DNA from: Eledone cirrhosa
Lineage: Eukaryota
Assembly: GCA_964016885.1 (NCBI GenBank)
Contig: OZ024760.1
Span: 10,602,001-10,666,000, forward strand
DNA: 64,000 bases
Direction: 5' to 3'
Numbering within the stretch: position 1 is the first letter of the stretch; each line of letters opens with the position of its first letter. Below the pieces are notes generated by a model. The model made no database searches. It was not told where the DNA came from and saw only the letters and a list, made by a program, of their open reading frames with translations. Positions 1 to 11,831 of this stretch are shown piece after piece. Made by a program: the position numbers and the translations under genes.

Positions 1-420
1 CTGTCAACCCATCTGGTCAGAATCTCTATCAACCCATCTGGCCAGACTCTCTGTCAACCCATCTGGTCAGAGTCTCTATCAACCCATCTGGCCAGACTCT
101 CTGTCAACCCATCTGGTCAGAGTCTCTATCAACCCATCTGGCCAGACTCTCTGTCAACCCATCTGGTCAGAATCTCTATCAACCCATCTGGCCAGACTCT
201 CTGTCAACCCATCTGGTCAGAGTCTCTATCAACCCATCTGGCCAGACTCTCTGTCAACCCATCTGGTCAGAGTCTCTATCAACCCATCTGGCCAGACTCT
301 CTGTCAACCCATCTGGTCAGAGTCTCTATCAACCCATCTGGCCAGACTCTCTGTCAACCCATCTGGTCAGGGTCTCTGTCAACCCATCTGGTCAGAGTCT
401 TTGTCAACCCATCCAACCCA
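1..420. repeat. 30-bp minisatellite with 60-bp dimer periodicity
   Basis: Alternating ctctctgtcaacccatctggtcag and tctctatcaacccatctggccag units running into a SINE/RTE-like 3' tail at about 410-460. Confidence 0.95.
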
Positions 421-525
421 TATCAGCATGGAAAGTGAGTGTCAAATGATGAGAACGACAACGACAAGTCCAATCCAGTTTTTCCAGTCAACAAGCAATG
501 ATTAGAGAAATAAAGACAAACTTAC

Positions 526-725
526 CAGCCTCTTTACTCCAACAGAAAGCTGTGTAATGTCCTGAACCAAAACCTTTACCATGGTGGATGATAATTGCTG
601 ACAGTTGATAGAGACGCTGTGACTGTTGGCTGGTCATGGATTTAGCACAAAACTGTTCAACGTTGAGAAACTTATCAAATGAAACATGTGTAGCTATTTT
701 CTCTCTGTGGTTTCCTTTACTCCAT
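526..725 (-). CDS. USP49: USP44/USP49-like deubiquitinase, His-box exon (last exon visible; gene continues beyond position 1)
   Basis: AG acceptor at 726-727, GTAAG donor at 521-525, phase 2 to 1. Reads (R)WSKGNHREKIATHVSFDKFLNVEQFCAKSMTSQQSQRLYQLSAIIIHHGKGFGSGHYTAFCWSKEA(G), matching USP44/49 RWSGRNHREKI...HHGKGFGSGHYTAYC. Probably co-orthologous to vertebrate USP44 and USP49. Confidence 0.95.
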
Positions 726-2014
726 CTGTGGACAAATAGAAAACAAACAAATAATTTACTTCTCGTAAATCACAAAATATAAAATATTTTTTAAAAAATC
801 AATTGTCAAGATCCCAGACCTCACTTACTTACCGAGTGAAGGGTTGAAACTCCTCAGATCACACCAAGGAAACAAAGTTTCCATTGGTCTTTCTATTGCT
901 GATACTATCTACCAGTCAAGGAACGTGAAATAAAGTGTTTTGCTGAAGGACATAACGCATTGCCTGGCCTGAGAATCAAACTCACAACCTCATGATTGTG
1001 AATTCAACTTTCTAACCACTGAGGCATTTAAAAATAGAAGAAATTTACAATTCATCTGTTCTAACAGCTTTTAGGATGACTTCAATTAAAGCTTATGCTT
1101 TTTCAAACTTCAACTCTGGTATGTCCGAGTGTTAACCAACATTAAAAAGTTTCTTCTCTTCTTCACCCACTTATTCTTAGGAGGGTCAAGGGATCAAAGT
1201 CCTCAAATACTCCTTCCAGCAAATGCTGTCAGAAGCAACCGTCTCCAGTCGATCTGGCTGGATCCCCAAGCAAGACCAGTTGAGCTCATAAATCTTATTT
1301 GGGGTCTACCCTTGGGTCTCCTGTCAGTTGGTTTTTGCCCCTCAAATCTGTTCAGGGATTCTTTCCTGATACATTCTAACCACATGCCTCTAGTATCAAC
1401 ACTGTGACTTCTTAATTTGGAGAAATAACAGCTTTATCTAGAGCAACTCTATGATTTCTCTGAGCTACGCACTTATAACGTTACGCTAAAACACTTCAAA
1501 GGAACCCCATTTCGGTATGAAAAAAAAAAAAAAAAAATACAAATCTTATAATGATTCACAGATGAAAGTACATGTTTTGGGGAAACGGTGAGTAAAATTT
1601 GAATATTGAATTAGAAGATTTTGCCGTAACTTTGAGGAAATAAAAATCTAATAATGGGGCGTATAAACCCACTGAACAGAAAAAGATGGGTATCAGCTAC
1701 ACGTGGGAGTTGAACTCGCACTTCTCATTTGCTGGACAATTATGGCTTTATATGCCCCACTATTAGATTACGTTATTTCATGCTTTCCAGCATAGAGTTA
1801 CGTCCCTTTACGGTCTGAGTTCAAATCCCGCTGAGGTTGACTTTGCCTTTCATCCTTACGGGGTCGATAAAATAAAGTACCAGTAATGTACTGGGTAATT
1901 GCTGGCCTTGTGCCAAAAGTAGAAACAGTTATTTAGTCAATGTCATGGCAACGCTTCTATTTCTATTTAAAATTAATTTCAATTTTTTTATACACGTTTA
2001 GGCCTCTCTAGTCA

Positions 2015-2586
2015 TTAACCCTTTAGTATTTAAACCAGCTGTAACCGACCAGCCACTCATACTGATGTTAAGATATTGTTCCCAAAATAAACAATATCAA
2101 ATCTCATAGATTTGATATATGTGAGGTAAAGTCTTTACCATGAAAATATAATAGTATATATGAAGGCGTATGTCTTAGTGGTTAGAGCATCGGGCTTGCA
2201 GTCGAAAGGTTGTGAGTTCAATTCTCAGACCGGGTGATGTGTTGTTTCCTTGAGCAAGACACTTTATTTCACATTGCTCCAGTTTACTCAGCTGAAGAAA
2301 TGAGATGATACGGACTGGGGTCCCTATCATTCCACTGCAAAGTGGTCGTGGGGGTGCCATGGCAAAAAAAGCACCCAGCACTCACTGTAAATGATGTTGG
2401 TGTTAGGAAGGGCATCCAGCTGTAGAAATCAAGCCAGAATCAGTTCCCGTATGAGCAAGACAAGGTCAGCCGACCGGACACTGCTCACAACAGGACAACC
2501 CGCCTAACTCATGCTAGCGTGGAAGAACGGATATAAAACGGTGATGATGATGATGATATAGAGTAATGTAAATACTAAAGGGTTAA
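2015..2586. mobile_element. piggyBac-like MITE with a nested SINE
   Basis: TTAA|CCCTTTAGTATTT ... AAATACTAAAGGG|TTAA. Internal sequence matches the uninterrupted copy at 2824-3037. Confidence 0.8.
2162..2557 (+). mobile_element. tRNA-derived CORE-type SINE with RTE-like (GAT)n tail (family A)
   Basis: A box (TGTCTTAGTGG), B box (GAGTTCAATTC), CORE-like CCTTGAGCAAGACACTT, and a tail ending in (GAT)n that is shared with RTE fragments in the window. Confidence 0.88.
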
Positions 2587-2630
2587 ACATTTTTAGAAGA
2601 AACGAAAAGCCAAAAGAGAAATCTCCTTAC

Positions 2631-2736
2631 CTGAACCGTTTGAGGTGAAGGCGTAAAACATGAGGTAATTTACTCAATAAAAATTGTTTTCTGATTTTGG
2701 TGTAAATTTTAGATGAACAGCTTGACCGTCTTTTTC
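2631..2736 (-). CDS. USP49: USP44/49-like exon
   Basis: AAG acceptor, GTAAG donor, phase 1 to 2. Reads KRRSSCSSKIYTKIRKQFLLSKLPHVLRLHLKRF(R), containing the USP LPxVLRLHLKRF motif. Confidence 0.93.
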
Positions 2737-2823
2737 CTTCAGGGTTAAAAAACAAACAAACAAATCAATAATATGGTTCATTGCAGGTCATAGTGGAAGG
2801 AGAGGGGGGGGGGGGTCTACAGA

Positions 2824-3037
2824 TTAACCCTTTAGCATTTCAACCAGCCATATCCGGCCAGAATTCTCTCACCTCTTTCTGTTCAAACCAGCTGTAACCA
2901 GCCACTCATACTGACATTAAGGTATTGTTCTCAAAGTAAGTAATATCAAAATCATAGATTCGATGTTATGTGAGGTAAAGCCTTTACTGTGAAAATACAA
3001 TAGTATATATAGAGTAATGTAAATGTTAAAGGGTTAA
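2824..3037. mobile_element. Uninterrupted ~210-bp piggyBac-like MITE
   Basis: TTAA target site and TIRs CCCTTTAGCATTT / AAATGTTAAAGGG. Further copies at 33517-34114, ~35110-35314, 53132-53325 and 58647-59046. Confidence 0.82.
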
Positions 3038-3189
3038 CTCTTTCAGTAGCAGAGCTGTTTTGGGGTCTTACTGCCCTAATTCAGGACTTTGCAGTAGGTT
3101 TTGCACCCCCCCCCCCCAAAAAAAAAACGTTAAAATAAAAATTAAAGAGATATTTAAATCAAATTTGCTTTAACTACTTTGCCTGTGTG

Positions 3190-3541
3190 TATACACCAGA
3201 TGTCCTGTACACCAGATGCCATGTATATACAAGATGTTGTATGTATAGCAGATGTGTGTACACCAGATGTCATGTGTATAACAGTTGTCGTGTGTATAAC
3301 AGATATTCTGTGTACACTAGATGTGTGTATACCAGATGTCGTGTGTATACCAAATGTCATGTGTATACCAGATGTCATATGTATACCAGATGTCATGTGT
3401 ATACCAGATGTCATATGTATACCAGATGTCGTGTGTATACCATATGTAGTATGTATGCCAGATGTCATGTGTATACCAGATGTGTGTATACCAGATGTCG
3501 TGTGTATACCAGATGACATATGTATACCAGATGTCGTGTGT
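3190..3541. repeat. Minisatellite, 15-18-bp gtgtataccagatgtc units
   Basis: Degenerate direct tandem units. Confidence 0.9.
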
Positions 3542-3614
3542 AGTTCCAGACAGATTGGTGTCAAAATGAGTTAATCACAGCCTAAATCAGAAACAATTAT
3601 TAACTGAATAAACA

Positions 3615-3835
3615 GGGCGATGGATTGGCAGAATTAATAGAGCATCAGACAAGATGCTCGGCGGCGCAGAGTTATGGCCCTTTACGTTTTTAGTTCAAGT
3701 CTCGCCGAGGTTAGCTTTGTCTTTCATCCTTACGGGGGTCGATAAAATAAAGTACCTGTAATGCACTGGGGTCAATTTAATTGACTTTCCCCATCCCAAA
3801 ATTGTTGGCCTTGTGGCTAAATCAGAAACCATTAC
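3615..3835 (+). mobile_element. tRNA-derived SINE family B (Nin/Deu-like central domain)
   Basis: GGCGATGGATTGGCAG head, GTTCAAGTC B box, CTTTCATCCTTACGGGGTCGATAAAATAAAGTACC body. The domain name is from memory and unverified. Confidence 0.8.
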
Positions 3836-3862
3836 TAACTGAAGATTAAAAAAACTACTGAC

Positions 3863-3931
3863 CATTACAAGAAGCACAAGCATATATCCTGCCTTCCAGA
3901 CGTTCAGATTTCGTAAAATGGGAGAGCATTT
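3863..3931 (-). CDS. USP49: USP44/49-like exon
   Basis: Poly-T CAG acceptor, GTCAG donor, phase 1 to 1. Reads (E)[22 protein letters not shown](G), similar to USP49 [23 protein letters not shown] (CxxC). Confidence 0.92.
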
Positions 3932-4138
3932 CTGAAAAAAAAAAAAAATAAATAAAAATAAAAAAAGGCATTTTATATTACTAGAATTTTTTCTATAAGC
4001 TGACGCCTATGTGTATATGTGTATGCGTGTGTGTATGTGCATATGCATACATTTATATGAGTATATAAATATAAACATGCAAACACAGACACACTTACAA
4101 AAATACACACTCACACCAACACATATTTACAATGTGAT

Positions 4139-4487
4139 GGAGGCACATGGCTTAGTGGTTAGAGCATTGGGCTTGCAATCGAAAGGTTGTGAGTTCAATT
4201 GTCAGACCGGGTGATGTGTTGTTTCCTTGAGCAAGACACTTTATTTCACATTGCTCCAGTTTACTCAGCTGTAGAAATGAGATGATAGGGACTGGGGTCC
4301 CTATCATTCCACTGCAAAGTAGCCGTGGAGGTGCCACGGCAAAAAAAGCACCCAGCACTCACTGTAAATGAGGTTGGTGTTAGGAAGGGCATCCAGCTGT
4401 AGAAATCAAGCCAGAATCAGTTCCCGTCCCCACCCTTGCAAGCAGGGAAAAAGCGGACGTAAAATGAAATGATGATGATGATGATGA
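4139..4487 (+). mobile_element. SINE family A, full length
   Basis: Close copy of 2162-2557 and 7123-7466. Confidence 0.9.
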
Positions 4488-5084
4488 TTCTGTCACAAAA
4501 CAATCAGAGAGGGGAGTAGTCTCACTGCCTCATACTACTCCTCTCTCTTTACAAAGTGCCTTGAATATGTCCGCAGTATGAGTAAAACCAGAAAAAGCAT
4601 ATATATATATATATCACCATTTAACACAGACCAAGTCAGTACATAATTAGAGCTACAGACCTCTCAGAAAGGACAGGGTCCCATGTCTTGCTTACATATA
4701 CATATGCTACAGAGTGCACTGGGTGCGTTTTATCAGGGTCCCAGCACTAAGGAGATTGTCACATCTTTGACACAACTGAAGAGCCTTCCAAATTCTTTGT
4801 ATGGCATATTCTCTATGGATGGAAGTACTTCCTATCACCAACCCCTTCATAGAGTGCACTGGTGTTTTATTATGGCACCAACATTAGCAAGGATATCAGG
4901 TCCTTGGCACACATACACAGACACATATCATAATCATCTACTTAAGCATGCGGGCATAGGTTAGATGGGTTGTCCTATTATGAGATAAGTCAGGTCAGGT
5001 AACCACGTCTTGCTTATACAGATCTGCATTTTGGCTTGGTTTCTATGGCTTGATGCCTTTCCTAATGTCAACCATGTATCAGTG

Positions 5085-5632
5085 AAGACTGGGTGCCTTT
5101 TATCATGGCACCAGCACTACCACCTTACAGGGTGGACTGGCTGCTTTTTATTATGGCACCAACACTACCACCTTACAGGGTGGACTGGCTGCTTTTTATC
5201 ATGGCACCAGCACTACCACCTTACAGGGTGGACTGGCTGCTTTTTATCATGGCACCAGCACTACCACCTTACAGGGTGGACTGGCTGCTTTTTATTATGG
5301 CACCAGCACTACCACCTTACAGGGTTGATTGGGTGCTTTTTATCATGGTACCAGCACTACCACCTTAGAGGGTGGACTGGCTGCTTTTTATCATGGCACC
5401 AGCACTACCACCTTACAGGGTGGACTGGCTGCTTTTTATCATGGCACCAGCACTACCACCTTACAGGGTGGACTGGCTGCTTTTTATCATGGCACCAGCA
5501 CTACCACCTTACAGAGTGGACTGGCTGCTTTTTATTATGGCACCAGCACTACCACCTTACAGGGTTGATTGGGTGCTTTTTATCATGGTACCAGCACTAC
5601 CACCTTACAGGGTTGATTGGGTGTTTTTTATC
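5085..5632. repeat. 48-bp minisatellite (~11 copies) derived from a SINE internal segment
   Basis: Unit gggtggactggctgctttttatcatggcaccagcactaccaccttaca, continuing from a minus-strand SINE tail at about 4925-5085. Confidence 0.9.
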
Positions 5633-5683
5633 CTGCCCCCAGCACTAAGCTGGGTATTTTTTTTTAACACGTAAAATACATAC

Positions 5684-5816
5684 CTGTTATATGACAAACA
5701 TTATTGGCAATCTTCCAGTTTGGAGACTTTCTCTGGTAGCGAGATGGAAACTCCAAAGATAAATCCATAAAGGGTTCATAGGTCTGGAACTTCTGTTCAC
5801 AGGACAAACATGTAAT
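5684..5816 (-). CDS. USP49: USP44/49-like exon
   Basis: TAG acceptor, GTATG donor, phase 0 to 1. Reads ITCLSCEQKFQTYEPFMDLSLEFPSRYQRKSPNWKIANNVCHIT (CxxC and EPFxDLSLEFP motifs). Confidence 0.93.
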
Positions 5817-5989
5817 CTAGAAGAGAAAGAAACAAATACAACTGGACAGTGATATATCTTCATCATCATCATCATCATAATTGTTTAATGTCCATTTTCC
5901 ACGCTAGCATGGGTCTGGACGGGAATTGTCCCACTTGAGGCAAGATTGGTTGTCTTGCTGAGGACTGTCTGGCGGTCCTGAGATATATA

Positions 5990-6230
5990 TCATCATCATT
6001 TTATGTCCGCTTTTCCTTGCTTGCAACGGTGGGACGGGTCCTCTTCAGCACAGCATCTCTCCATTTGTCCCAGTCCTTCGTCATCTTCCCTGTGAGCTTC
6101 AACGGCTCTCGCCACCTCCGTCCATGTCTTCCGTGGTCTTCCTCTACTGCGGCTTTCTTCCACTGGGATCTCCTGACACTCCTTCACTCAGCAATCATCC
6201 ATGCGCATCACATGGCCATACCAACATATA
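5990..6230 (-). mobile_element. RTE-clade LINE 3' fragment
   Basis: WYGHVMRMDD...RSRGRPRKTW followed by a (GAT)n tail. Confidence 0.85.
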
Positions 6231-6272
<42 letters not shown>

Positions 6273-6921
6273 AATAGGAGAAAACTGAACCATGATCCCC
6301 TCGGGGGGAAATGACCTTGCTCAGTATGTAGGAAAGGTGTAGGTAGAAATTCCAGCCTCTGCCCTAAATGCAAACTATGGGTACACAAGAGATGTAGTGG
6401 GATCTCGGGAAGTTTAGCTAAAAATGTAGGCTTTACATGTAGCAGTTGCTCCAGGACAGTAAGCAGCAAATGACCACAGGAAACAGAGAAGGTTCGGTAG
6501 ACGCAGTAGACAGCTTCTGCTACCTGGGCAACCAAATTAGTAGCGGAGGTGGAAAAAGTTCAAGGAGCTAAGGAAGACTATATGATGCATGCATATGAAC
6601 AATCAATGTTCCATGGTAGTGAGACCTGGGTATTGTGTGCAGAAGACTTGCATGGATTGGAGAGAAATGAAGCTTGCATGCTCTGTTGGATGTGCAATAG
6701 TAACATATGTGAATGGCAAAGGAAACGAACTGAGAAAGAAACTAGGGATAAGAGGAATTGGATGCAGTGTGCAGGAGAGAAGATTGCATTGGTATGGACA
6801 TGTGATGCGTATGAAGGATGACAACTGTATAAAAAGGCTGTAGAGCACTCAAAGTCGATGGAAGCCTTGGAGTGGGGAGACCCAGGAAGGCTTGGGACGA
6901 GGTGATAAAAGCTGATCTACT
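6273..6921 (+). mobile_element. Degraded RTE-clade LINE with PHD-like Cys/His finger and C-terminal region
   Basis: PCSVCRKGVGRNS.LCPKCKLWVHKRCSG, HGSETW, RRLHWYGHVMR and GRPRKAW, with frameshifts and stops. Confidence 0.85.
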
Positions 6922-7122
6922 CAATTGCACCTCTCTTCTCTACTGGATAGATGTGCTTGGCCACCGGCATATCACAATGATTGCATAAGCATCTGATGAA
7001 GTCACATGAATAACCATGTAACAGAAATATATATAATGCAATAAACAATTATGGTGAATTAATCTTGTCTTAACTACCATTATTTGATATATGTATCTAT
7101 CTCTCTCTCTATATATATATAT

Positions 7123-7466
7123 GGAGGCACATGGCTTAGTGGTTAGAGCATTGGCCTTGCAATCGAAAGGTTGTGAGTTCAATTCTCAGACCGGGCGATG
7201 TGTTGTTTCCTTGAGCAAGACACTTTACTTCACATTGCTCCAGTTTACTCAGCTGTAGAAATGAGATGATAGGGACTGGGGTCCCTATCATTCCACTGCA
7301 AAGTGGTCGTGGAGGTACCACGGCAAAAAAGCAGACAGCACTCACTGGAAATGAGGTTGGTGTTAGGAAGGGCATCCAGCTGTAGAAATCAAGCCAGAAT
7401 CAGTTCCCGTCCCACGCTTGCAAGCAAGGAAAAAGCGGACGTAAAATGAAATGATGATGATGATGA
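7123..7466 (+). mobile_element. SINE family A, full length
   Basis: A and B boxes, CORE-like segment, (GAT)n tail, flanked by (TA)n. Confidence 0.9.
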
Positions 7467-7467
7467 T

Positions 7468-7519
<52 letters not shown>

Positions 7520-7622
7520 ACACCATGTGTGAACACCATGTGTGTAAGCAGATATGTATGTAAAAGTATGAGTCACCTGTGTATAGACACCTGATGTGAA
7601 AAGGTAGACAGGTATCACTTAC

Positions 7623-7725
7623 CTCACTGACAAGTTCTCCCTGGAATGTATCGGTCACTACATCTTGGTATTTCTTTATGTAACCAAGATGCTTCATCTC
7701 AGCTTGGACTTTATCTAGAAGTTCA
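7623..7725 (-). CDS. USP49: USP44/49-like exon
   Basis: CAG acceptor, GTAAG donor, phase 2 to 0. Reads ELLDKVQAEMKHLGYIKKYQDVVTDTFQGELVSE. Confidence 0.9.
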
Positions 7726-7764
7726 CTGCAAGTAGAATTAACTACCAAGTTGATTTTCAAGATC

Positions 7765-8545
7765 ATCAACACCACCACCACCACCACCACCACTACCAGC
7801 ACAAACACCACCACCACCACCACCACTACCAGCACAAACACCACCACCACCACCACCACCACCACCACAATCAGCACAAACACCACCACCACCACCACCA
7901 CTACCACCACAATCAGCACAAACACCACCACCACCACTACCAGCACAAACACCACCACCACCACAATCACCACCACCACCACCACCACTACCACAATCAG
8001 CACAAACACCACCACCACCACCACTACCACAATCAGCACAAACGCCACCACCACCATAATCAGCACAAACACCACCACCACAATCAGCACAAACACCACC
8101 ACCACCACAATCAGCACAAACACCACCACCACCACAATCAGCACAATCACCAACATCACCACCACCACAATCACCAACACCAACATCACGACCACCACCA
8201 CAATCAGCACAAACACCACCACCACCACAATCAGCACAAACACCACCACCACCAGCACAAACACCACCACCAGCACAAACACCACCACCACCACTACCAG
8301 CACAAACACCACCACCACCACCACTACCAGCACAAACACCACCACCACCACCACAATCAGCACAAACACCACCACCACCACTACCAGCACAAACACCACC
8401 ACCACCACTACCAGCACAAACACCACCACCACCACCAGCACAAACACCACCACCACCACAAACACCACCACAATCAGCACCAACACCACCACAATCAGCA
8501 CAAACACCACCACCACCAGCACTAACACCAACATCACCGCTACAA
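7765..8545. repeat. (ACC)n-based array punctuated by AGCACAAAC
   Basis: Fills most of the 7726-8702 intron. Confidence 0.95.
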
Positions 8546-8702
8546 TATACACACACACACACACACACACTGTCCAAGGTCACACCATAGTAGCAATGGT
8601 TTGACATTTCTAACATTTTTCATCTCTCATATTTCCTCTCATATGTTCACTGTTAAATTCGGTCACGGCTGAGATATTTCATAAAAATAACCATCACAGC
8701 AC

Positions 8703-8852
8703 CTCAAAAACTCTTGTGCGTCTTGTTGGGAATATCCTTGAAAAGCTGGAACGTAATCCCACACGGCCTGTAGAAGGGCATTGGGGCTGATAACAGATGA
8801 CTGTCCAGACCAGAGGGCTTGGAATAAAGATCGAAGTTCTTCACAAAGGGAG
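8703..8852 (-). CDS. USP49: USP44/49-like exon (QQDAQEFL box)
   Basis: TTTCAG acceptor, weak GTGCTG donor, phase 2 to 2. Reads [49 protein letters not shown](S). Confidence 0.93.
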
Positions 8853-8861
8853 CTGAAATAC

Positions 8862-10368
8862 AGATACATGTTAGGACAAAGTGAGAATGTAATAGATACA
8901 TGTTGGGACAAAGTGAGAATGTAATAGATACATGTTAGGACAAAGTGAGAATGTAATAGATACATGTTAGGACAAAGGGTGAGAATGTAATAGATACATG
9001 TTAGGACAAAGGGTGAGAATGTAATAGATACATGTTAGGACAAAGTGAGAATGTAATAGATACATGTTAGGACAAAGTGAGAATGTAATAGATACATGTT
9101 AGGACAGAGTTAGAATGTAATAGATACATGTTAGGACAAAGGGTGAGAATGTAATAGATACATGTTAGGACAGAGTTAGAATGTAATAGATACATGTTAG
9201 GACAAAGGGTGAGAATGTAATAGATACATGTTAGGACAAAGTGAGAATGTAATAGATACATGTTAGGACAAAGTGAGAATGTAATAGATACATGTTAGGA
9301 CAGAGTTAGAATGTAATAGATACATGTTAGGACAAAGGGTGAGAATGTAATAGATACATGTTAGGACAAAGGGTGAGAATGTAATAGATACATGTTAGGA
9401 CAAAGTGAGAATGTAATAGATACATGTTAGGACAAAGTGAGAATGTAATAGATACATGTTAGGACAAAGTGAGAATGTAATAGATACATGTTAGGACAAA
9501 GTGAGAATGTAATAGATACATGTTAGGACAGAGTTAGAATGTAATAGATACATGTTAGGACAAAGGGTGAGAATGTAATAGATACATGTTAGGACAGAGT
9601 TAGAATGTAATAGATACATGTTAGGACAAAGGGTGAAAATGTAATAGATACATGTTAGGACAAAGTGAGAATGTAATAGATACATGTTAGGACAGAGTGA
9701 GAATGTAATAGATACATGTTAGGACAAAGGGTGAGAATGTAATAGATACATGTTAGGACAAAGTGAGAATGTAATAGATACATGTTAGGACAAAGTGAGA
9801 ATGTAATAGATACATGTTAGGACAGAGTTAGAATGTAATAGATACATGTTAGGACAAAGGGTGAGAATGTAATAGATACATGTTAGGACAAAGTGAGAAT
9901 GTAATAGATACATGTTAGGACAAAGTGAGAATGTAATAGATACATGTTAGGACAGAGTTAGAATGTAATAGATACATGTTAGGACAAAGGGTGAGAATGT
10001 AATAGATACATGTTAGGACAGAGTTAGAATGTAATAGATACATGTTAGGACAAAGGGTGAGAATGTAATAGATACATGTTAGGACAAAGTGAGAATGTAA
10101 TAGATACATGTTAGGACAGAGTGAGAATGTAATAGATACATGTTAGGACAAAGGGTGAGAATGTAATAGATACATGTTAGGACAAAGTGAGAATGTAATA
10201 GATACATGTTAGGACAAAGTGAGAATGTAATAGATACATGTTAGGACAGAGTTAGAATGTAATAGATACATGTTAGGACAAAGTGAGAATGTAATAGATA
10301 CATGTTAGGACAAAGTGAGAATGTAATAGATACATGTTAGGACAGAGTGAGAATGTAATAGATACATG
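8862..10368. repeat. 32/34-bp minisatellite (~46 copies)
   Basis: Unit gagaatgtaatagatacatgttaggacaaa(gg)gt, beginning about 8 bp from the splice acceptor at 8853-8854. Confidence 0.95.
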
Positions 10369-11350
10369 CATGGCCATAGTCTAATGAATCCCAGCATGGC
10401 CACAGTCAAATAAGCCCCAACATGGCCACAGTTTAATAAACCCCAGCATGGCCACAGTCTAATAAACCCCAACATGGCCACAGTTTAATAAACCCCAGCA
10501 TGGCCACAGTCTAATAAACCCCAACATGGCCACAGTCTAATAAACCCCAGCATGGCCACAGTCTAATAAACCCCAGCATGGCTACAGTCTAATAAACCCC
10601 AACATGGCCACAGTTTAATAAACCCCAGCATGGCCACAGTCTAATAAACCCCAGCATGGCCACAGTCTAATAAACCCCAGCATGGCCACAGTCTAATAAA
10701 CCCCAACATGGCCACAGTTTAATAAACCCCAGCATGGCCACAGTCTAATAAACCCCAACATGGCCACAGTTTAATAAACCCCAGCATGGCCACAGTCTAA
10801 TAAACCCCAACATGGCTACAGTCTAATAAACCCCAGCATGGCCACAGTCTAATAAACCCCAGCATGGCCACAGTTTAATAAACCCCAGCATGGCCACAGT
10901 CTAATAAGCCCCAACATGGCCACAGTTTAATAAACCCCAGCATGGCCACAGTCTAATAAACCCCAGCATGGCCACAGTTTAATAAACCCCAGCATGGCCA
11001 CAGTCTAATAAACCCCAACATGGCCACAGTCTAATAAACCCCAGCATGGCCACAGTCTAATAAACCCCAGCATGGCCACAGTCTAATAAACCCCAGCATG
11101 GCCACAGTCTAATAAACCCCAACATGGCCACAGTCTAATAAACCTCAACATGGCCACAGTCTAATAAACCCCAGCATGGCCACAGTCTAATAAGCCCCAA
11201 CATGGCCACAGTTTAATAAACCCCAGCATGGCCACAGTCTAATAAACCCCAACATGGCCACAGTTTAATAAACCCCAGCATGGCCACAGTCTAATAAACC
11301 CCAACATGGCCACAGTCTAATAAACCCCAGCATGGCCACAGTTTAATAAA
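10369..11350. repeat. 26-bp minisatellite (~38 copies)
   Basis: Unit catggccacagtctaataaacccca(g/a). Its core is the reverse complement of part of the 51-bp unit at 43411-43860. Confidence 0.95.
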
Positions 11351-11405
11351 TGAAACTAGTAAAATTGCAGAAATGGAGTGATTGATGAAAGAATGGTCAA
11401 CTTAC

Positions 11406-11545
11406 ACAGACTTGTCACATTTGGCCAATTTGTGGTTATGGTGGCTGGTAGTTGGTGAGAGAGACCATAACTTGGAGGGTAGAGGTTTCTGTTGCGTGCC
11501 ACCACCATTTAGGCCACCACCTTTCAATGGACATTTTCGCAGCAG
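11406..11545 (-). CDS. USP49: USP44/49-like exon (variable insertion region)
   Basis: TAG acceptor, GTAAG donor, phase 0 to 2, compatible with both neighbours. Reads LLRKCPLKGGGLNGGGTQQKPLPSKLWSLSPTTSHHNHKLAKCDKS(V). The acceptor position is less certain than the donor. Confidence 0.78.
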
Positions 11546-11640
11546 CTAATACAGCCACACCATATATGGAAATAACAAGGAAAGCGGTGGGAAAAATAAG
11601 AAAAAAGAAAATACAGAAGAGAATTTAAAGTACAGAAAAA

Positions 11641-11831
11641 ATAATTGTTTCTAGTTTAGGCACAAGGCCAGCAATTACCCAGTGCATTACTGGTACTTTA
11701 TTCTATCGACCCTGGAAGGATGAAAGGCAAAGTTAACCTCGGCGGGATTTGAACTCGGATCATACAGGGAGCTAACTCTATGCTTCAAAGCATGGCATCT
11801 GACCCTCTACCGATACTGCCAATCCACCGCC
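11641..11831 (-). mobile_element. SINE family B with ~21-bp target-site duplication
   Basis: ttaaagtacagaaaaaataat on both sides. Other copies at ~1780-1930, 37808-37960, 40790-40945, 48575-48730, 49531-49723, 58821-59009 and 59233-59406. Confidence 0.88.

Noticed and set aside
2162-2235. tRNA genes (also 4139, 7123, 34870, 51025)
   Set aside because: The A/B-box heads run directly into SINE bodies; these are retroposon heads, not tRNA genes.
8862-11350. CRISPR-like regular short repeats (also 39007-40106 and 51203-52930)
   Set aside because: Head-to-tail units with no unique spacers, no cas genes, and a eukaryotic intronic context.
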